A stretch of DNA of 1,054 nucleotides from Naegleria gruberi (taxonomy: Eukaryota). A program made the translations under genes and the position numbers. Positions within the stretch are counted from its first letter, which is position 1; each line of letters opens with the position of its first letter. Location: assembly GCA_000004985.1 (NCBI GenBank), contig GG739592.1; one strand, given 5' to 3'. The notes below the pieces were generated by a model, which worked only from the letters and a program-made list of their open reading frames with translations, searched no databases and had not been told where the DNA came from. Below are positions 1 through 1,054 of the stretch, one piece after another.

Positions 1-1
1 G

Positions 2-439
2 GTCATGTTCGAGCCGGGCCGCTCGGTGGTCGGCAATGCCGGCCTGCTGCTGACCGAGGTGCAATACCTCAAGCATGGTGAAGAAAAGAACTTCGCCGTG
101 GTCGATGCCGCCATGAACGATCTGATGCGTCCGGCCATGTACGAAGCCTGGCATGGCGTGCAGACCGTGAAGGAAAACGCCGGCCAGCCCCGCATCTACG
201 ACGTGGTCGGGCCGGTGTGTGAATCCGGCGACTGGCTGGCCCGCTCGCGCGAACTGGCCATCCACGAGGGCGACCTGCTGGCCCTGATGTCGGCCGGTGC
301 CTACGGCATGACCATGGCCTCCAACTACAACACCCGTGGCCGTGCGGCCGAAGTACTGGTCGATGGCAGCCAGGTCCACCTGGTCCGTGCCCGTGAAAAT
401 CCGGCCGACCTGTTCGCGCTGGAAAAGATCGTGGACTGA
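2..439 (+). CDS. lysA: Diaminopimelate decarboxylase (last step of lysine biosynthesis), C-terminal ~145 aa; 5'-partial, the gene starts upstream of the window
   Basis: The reading frame is open from position 2; the ATG at 5 is internal. The stop codon TGA is at 437-439. The translation contains the conserved C-terminal beta-sandwich region of LysA-family decarboxylases: YDVVGPVCESGDWLA, GAYGMTMASNYNTRGRAAEVLVDG and HLVRARENPADLFALE. These are colinear with the E. coli LysA C-terminus, AGAYG..SNYN.R...EVL.D....L.R.R.T..EL. Third codon positions are strongly G/C-biased, consistent with a real coding frame in a high-GC genome. The match is from recalled family knowledge, not a database search. 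Confidence 0.88.
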   Translation, partial: VMFEPGRSVVGNAGLLLTEVQYLKHGEEKNFAVVDAAMNDLMRPAMYEAWHGVQTVKENAGQPRIYDVVGPVCESGDWLARSRELAIHEGDLLALMSAGAYGMTMASNYNTRGRAAEVLVDGSQVHLVRARENPADLFALEKIVD

Positions 440-462
440 AGCGGGTTATTGTCAGTCTGCCA

Positions 463-502
463 AGCGGCAGTCCCGGAAACGGGGCTGCCGTTTCCTTTTG
501 TG
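463..502 (+). terminator. Rho-independent (intrinsic) terminator of lysA
   Basis: Seen directly in the sequence. The left arm GGCAGTCCCG (466-475) pairs with the right arm CGGGGCTGCC (480-489), 10 bp with one G-U wobble. The loop is GAAA (476-479), a GNRA tetraloop. The stem can extend to 463-475/480-492. It is immediately followed by the T-rich tract GTTTCCTTTTGTG (490-502). It lies 24-26 nt downstream of the lysA stop codon. Confidence 0.7.
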
Positions 503-509
503 CATCATT

Positions 510-534
510 CCGGGCGCGATTATTGATAGCCCGG
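510..534. promoter_or_regulatory. GC-clamped inverted repeat or hairpin: CCGGGC, a 13-nt AT-rich loop GCGATTATTGATA, then GCCCGG. Candidate protein-binding site or secondary structural element
   Basis: Perfect 6-bp inverted repeat: 510-515 CCGGGC and 529-534 GCCCGG. The loop contains TTGATA, a -35-like hexamer, at 523-528. No downstream -10 element could be paired with it. Function unknown. Confidence 0.25.
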
Positions 535-587
535 CAAGTCCCGCTTGGCTTGGCTGCAGATATTTTTTGCAGAGCCGCATTTTTGTT

Positions 588-615
588 TTGCCTTTCAGAA
601 ATTTCGGCGCAAAAT
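588..615 (+). promoter_or_regulatory. Weak candidate sigma70-type promoter for the downstream ORF: TTGCCT, 16-nt spacer, CAAAAT
   Basis: The AT-rich core of the intergenic region is 555-650. TTGCCT at 588-593 matches TTGACA at 4 of 6 positions. After a 16-nt spacer, CAAAAT at 610-615 matches TATAAT at 4 of 6. The conserved first T of the -10 is missing, so this is weak. No better -35/-10 pair was found by eye. Confidence 0.15.
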
Positions 616-753
616 AGCCATCCGTCCGAAAAACAACCGAAGCATCAGAACATGCCTGGGGGCAGAGCTGCCCGCAACGCGAGACCTGGCAAGCATTCAC
701 GGACGTGAGGGAGCACATCAGGGCCACCGGGACGGCGGTCGCTAGCGTAATAC

Positions 754-759
754 AGGGGA
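754..759 (+). promoter_or_regulatory. Shine-Dalgarno ribosome-binding site for the ORF starting at 766
   Basis: AGGGGA at 754-759 is purine-rich and complementary to the anti-SD CCUCC with one wobble. A 6-nt spacer, ATTCCA, separates it from ATG 766-768. Confidence 0.5.
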
Positions 760-765
760 ATTCCA

Positions 766-1054
766 ATGCAAGTTCTGGAACGGTCAGAGGGAGATCGCGA
801 CCGTCGCGTCGCCAGCGAGGGCGTGGCGCAGGCCGGCCATGGCGATCCGTCCGGCCAGCTCATACACAGCAGTCAGTCCAGTCACGCCAGCCAGTCGCCG
901 GCACCGGCGCGCGCTGCGTCCGTGCAGCCTGACCTGAGCGAAGAGGAACTGGAAGTCCGGGCCTCGCACATCACGGCTGCCGCTGTTGCCGCAGCCGCCG
1001 TCACGGCGGCGGTGGCCACCTCGGCCGGCACCGCCAGCCTGCCGTATGAAGACA
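766..1054 (+). CDS. Hypothetical protein, 3'-partial, at least 96 aa with no stop before the window end. Low-complexity, charged, Ser/Gln-rich N-terminus, then an Ala/Val-rich hydrophobic segment; possible bitopic membrane protein
   Basis: Not in the supplied ORF track, which seems to report only stop-terminated ORFs. Frame 1 is closed by TAA at 748-750. The first start codon is ATG 766, with an SD 6 nt upstream. The frame is then open to position 1054. It is the only + frame with no stop across 766-1054: frame 0 stops at 930-932 and frame 2 at 935-937. G/C at third codon positions is about 75-80%. Translation: MQVLERSEGDRDRRVASEGVAQAGHGDPSGQLIHSSQSSHASQSPAPARAASVQPDLSEEELEVRASHITAAAVAAAAVTAAVATSAGTASLPYED... 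Its composition, Ala/Ser-rich with few Arg after the N-terminus, is protein-like. The perfectly antisense frame gives an Arg/Gly-rich product typical of a non-coding frame. Confidence 0.5.
   Translation, partial: MQVLERSEGDRDRRVASEGVAQAGHGDPSGQLIHSSQSSHASQSPAPARAASVQPDLSEEELEVRASHITAAAVAAAAVTAAVATSAGTASLPYED

Noticed and set aside
516-528. GATTATTGATAG as a possible Fur box or iron-box-like motif
   Set aside because: It has only a partial resemblance to the GATAATGATAATCATTATC consensus, with no second half-site. It is probably just the AT-rich loop of the 510-534 hairpin.
544-560. TGGC-containing tandem TTGGCTTGGCTGCAG looked at as a possible sigma54 -24/-12 promoter (TGGCAC-N5-TTGCA)
   Set aside because: The GG to GC spacing does not fit, since GG at 547-548 or 552-553 has no GC 12 nt downstream. 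CTGGCAAGCATTCAC at 686-700 likewise lacks the TTGC -12 element.
336-745. Three overlapping small + ORFs from the track: 336-617, 523-708 with a TTG start, and 545-745 with a TTG start
   Set aside because: The first is out of frame with lysA across its 3' end. The other two lie in the intergenic leader and use TTG starts with no SD. They cross the terminator or hairpins, and none shows codon bias. They are likely spurious, though a small leader peptide cannot be formally excluded.
440-765. Searched the intergenic region by eye for a tRNA or tmRNA, a CRISPR repeat, or IS/transposon terminal inverted repeats
   Set aside because: There is no T-loop GTTCGA/GTTCAA motif outside lysA. There are no repeated 25-40-bp units with spacers and no long terminal inverted repeats. 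Nothing supports an RNA gene of these classes or a mobile element.
452-766. Minus-strand ORF of 104 aa with a TTG start, spanning the whole intergenic region. It is Cys- and Lys-rich
   Set aside because: It reads antisense straight through the lysA terminator hairpin and the AT-rich region. It uses a TTG start with no SD, and it has an odd Cys-rich low-complexity composition and no codon bias. It is most likely a chance ORF in non-coding DNA.
645-863. Minus-strand ORF of 72 aa, Pro/Arg-rich
   Set aside because: It overlaps the 5' end and RBS region of the + ORF. Its Arg/Pro-rich composition is typical of an out-of-frame high-GC artefact.
705-932. + strand ORF of 75 aa (frame 0) overlapping the start of the 766 ORF. 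Its translation is RGRSRPSRRQRGRGAGRPWRS
   Set aside because: It is extremely Arg-rich and has no SD. It is an alternative frame of the same GC-rich DNA. Frame 1, from 766, has the RBS and stays open.
784-1054. Minus-strand reading frame open from the right window edge down to a stop at 784-786. The track lists its 784-969 portion, and it is exactly antisense, codon for codon, to the + ORF 766-1054
   Set aside because: Its translation is Arg/Gly-rich, with stretches such as GHRRRDGG, RSARRCRRLAG and GRGG. That is the usual signature of the antisense frame of a high-GC gene. It has no recognisable RBS or start context. The + frame has an SD-ATG and a more protein-like composition. It remains a formal alternative only if the + ORF is disproved.

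Overview
Four things are supportable in this window. (1) Positions 2-439 are the 3' end of a diaminopimelate decarboxylase gene (lysA), + strand. I recognise the conserved C-terminal motifs GPVCESGD, GAYGMTMASNYNTRGRAAEVLVDG and LVRARE...LFALE. The gene starts upstream of the window. (2) About 25 nt after the lysA stop sits a textbook Rho-independent terminator at 463-502: a GC-rich stem with a GAAA tetraloop and a U-tract. (3) A 326-bp intergenic region (440-765) has an AT-rich core and several palindromes or hairpins, including an 8-bp long-range complement that brackets the terminator and a second hairpin. (4) A + strand ORF starts at ATG 766, preceded by an AGGGGA ribosome-binding site with 6-nt spacing, and runs off the right edge without a stop. 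It is absent from the supplied ORF track, which appears to list only ORFs closed by a stop. Its product is a low-complexity protein: a charged, Ser/Gln/His-rich N-terminus followed by a 24-residue Ala/Val-rich hydrophobic stretch. I do not recognise it as a known family. The window is too short to see any multi-gene system. The only candidate for novelty is this 3'-truncated hypothetical gene downstream of an insulated lysA, and I cannot assign it a function from sequence alone. The genome appears high-GC (about 62%, with G/C-rich third codon positions) and is probably proteobacterial; that is inference. All other listed ORFs, on both strands, look like spurious high-GC frames.
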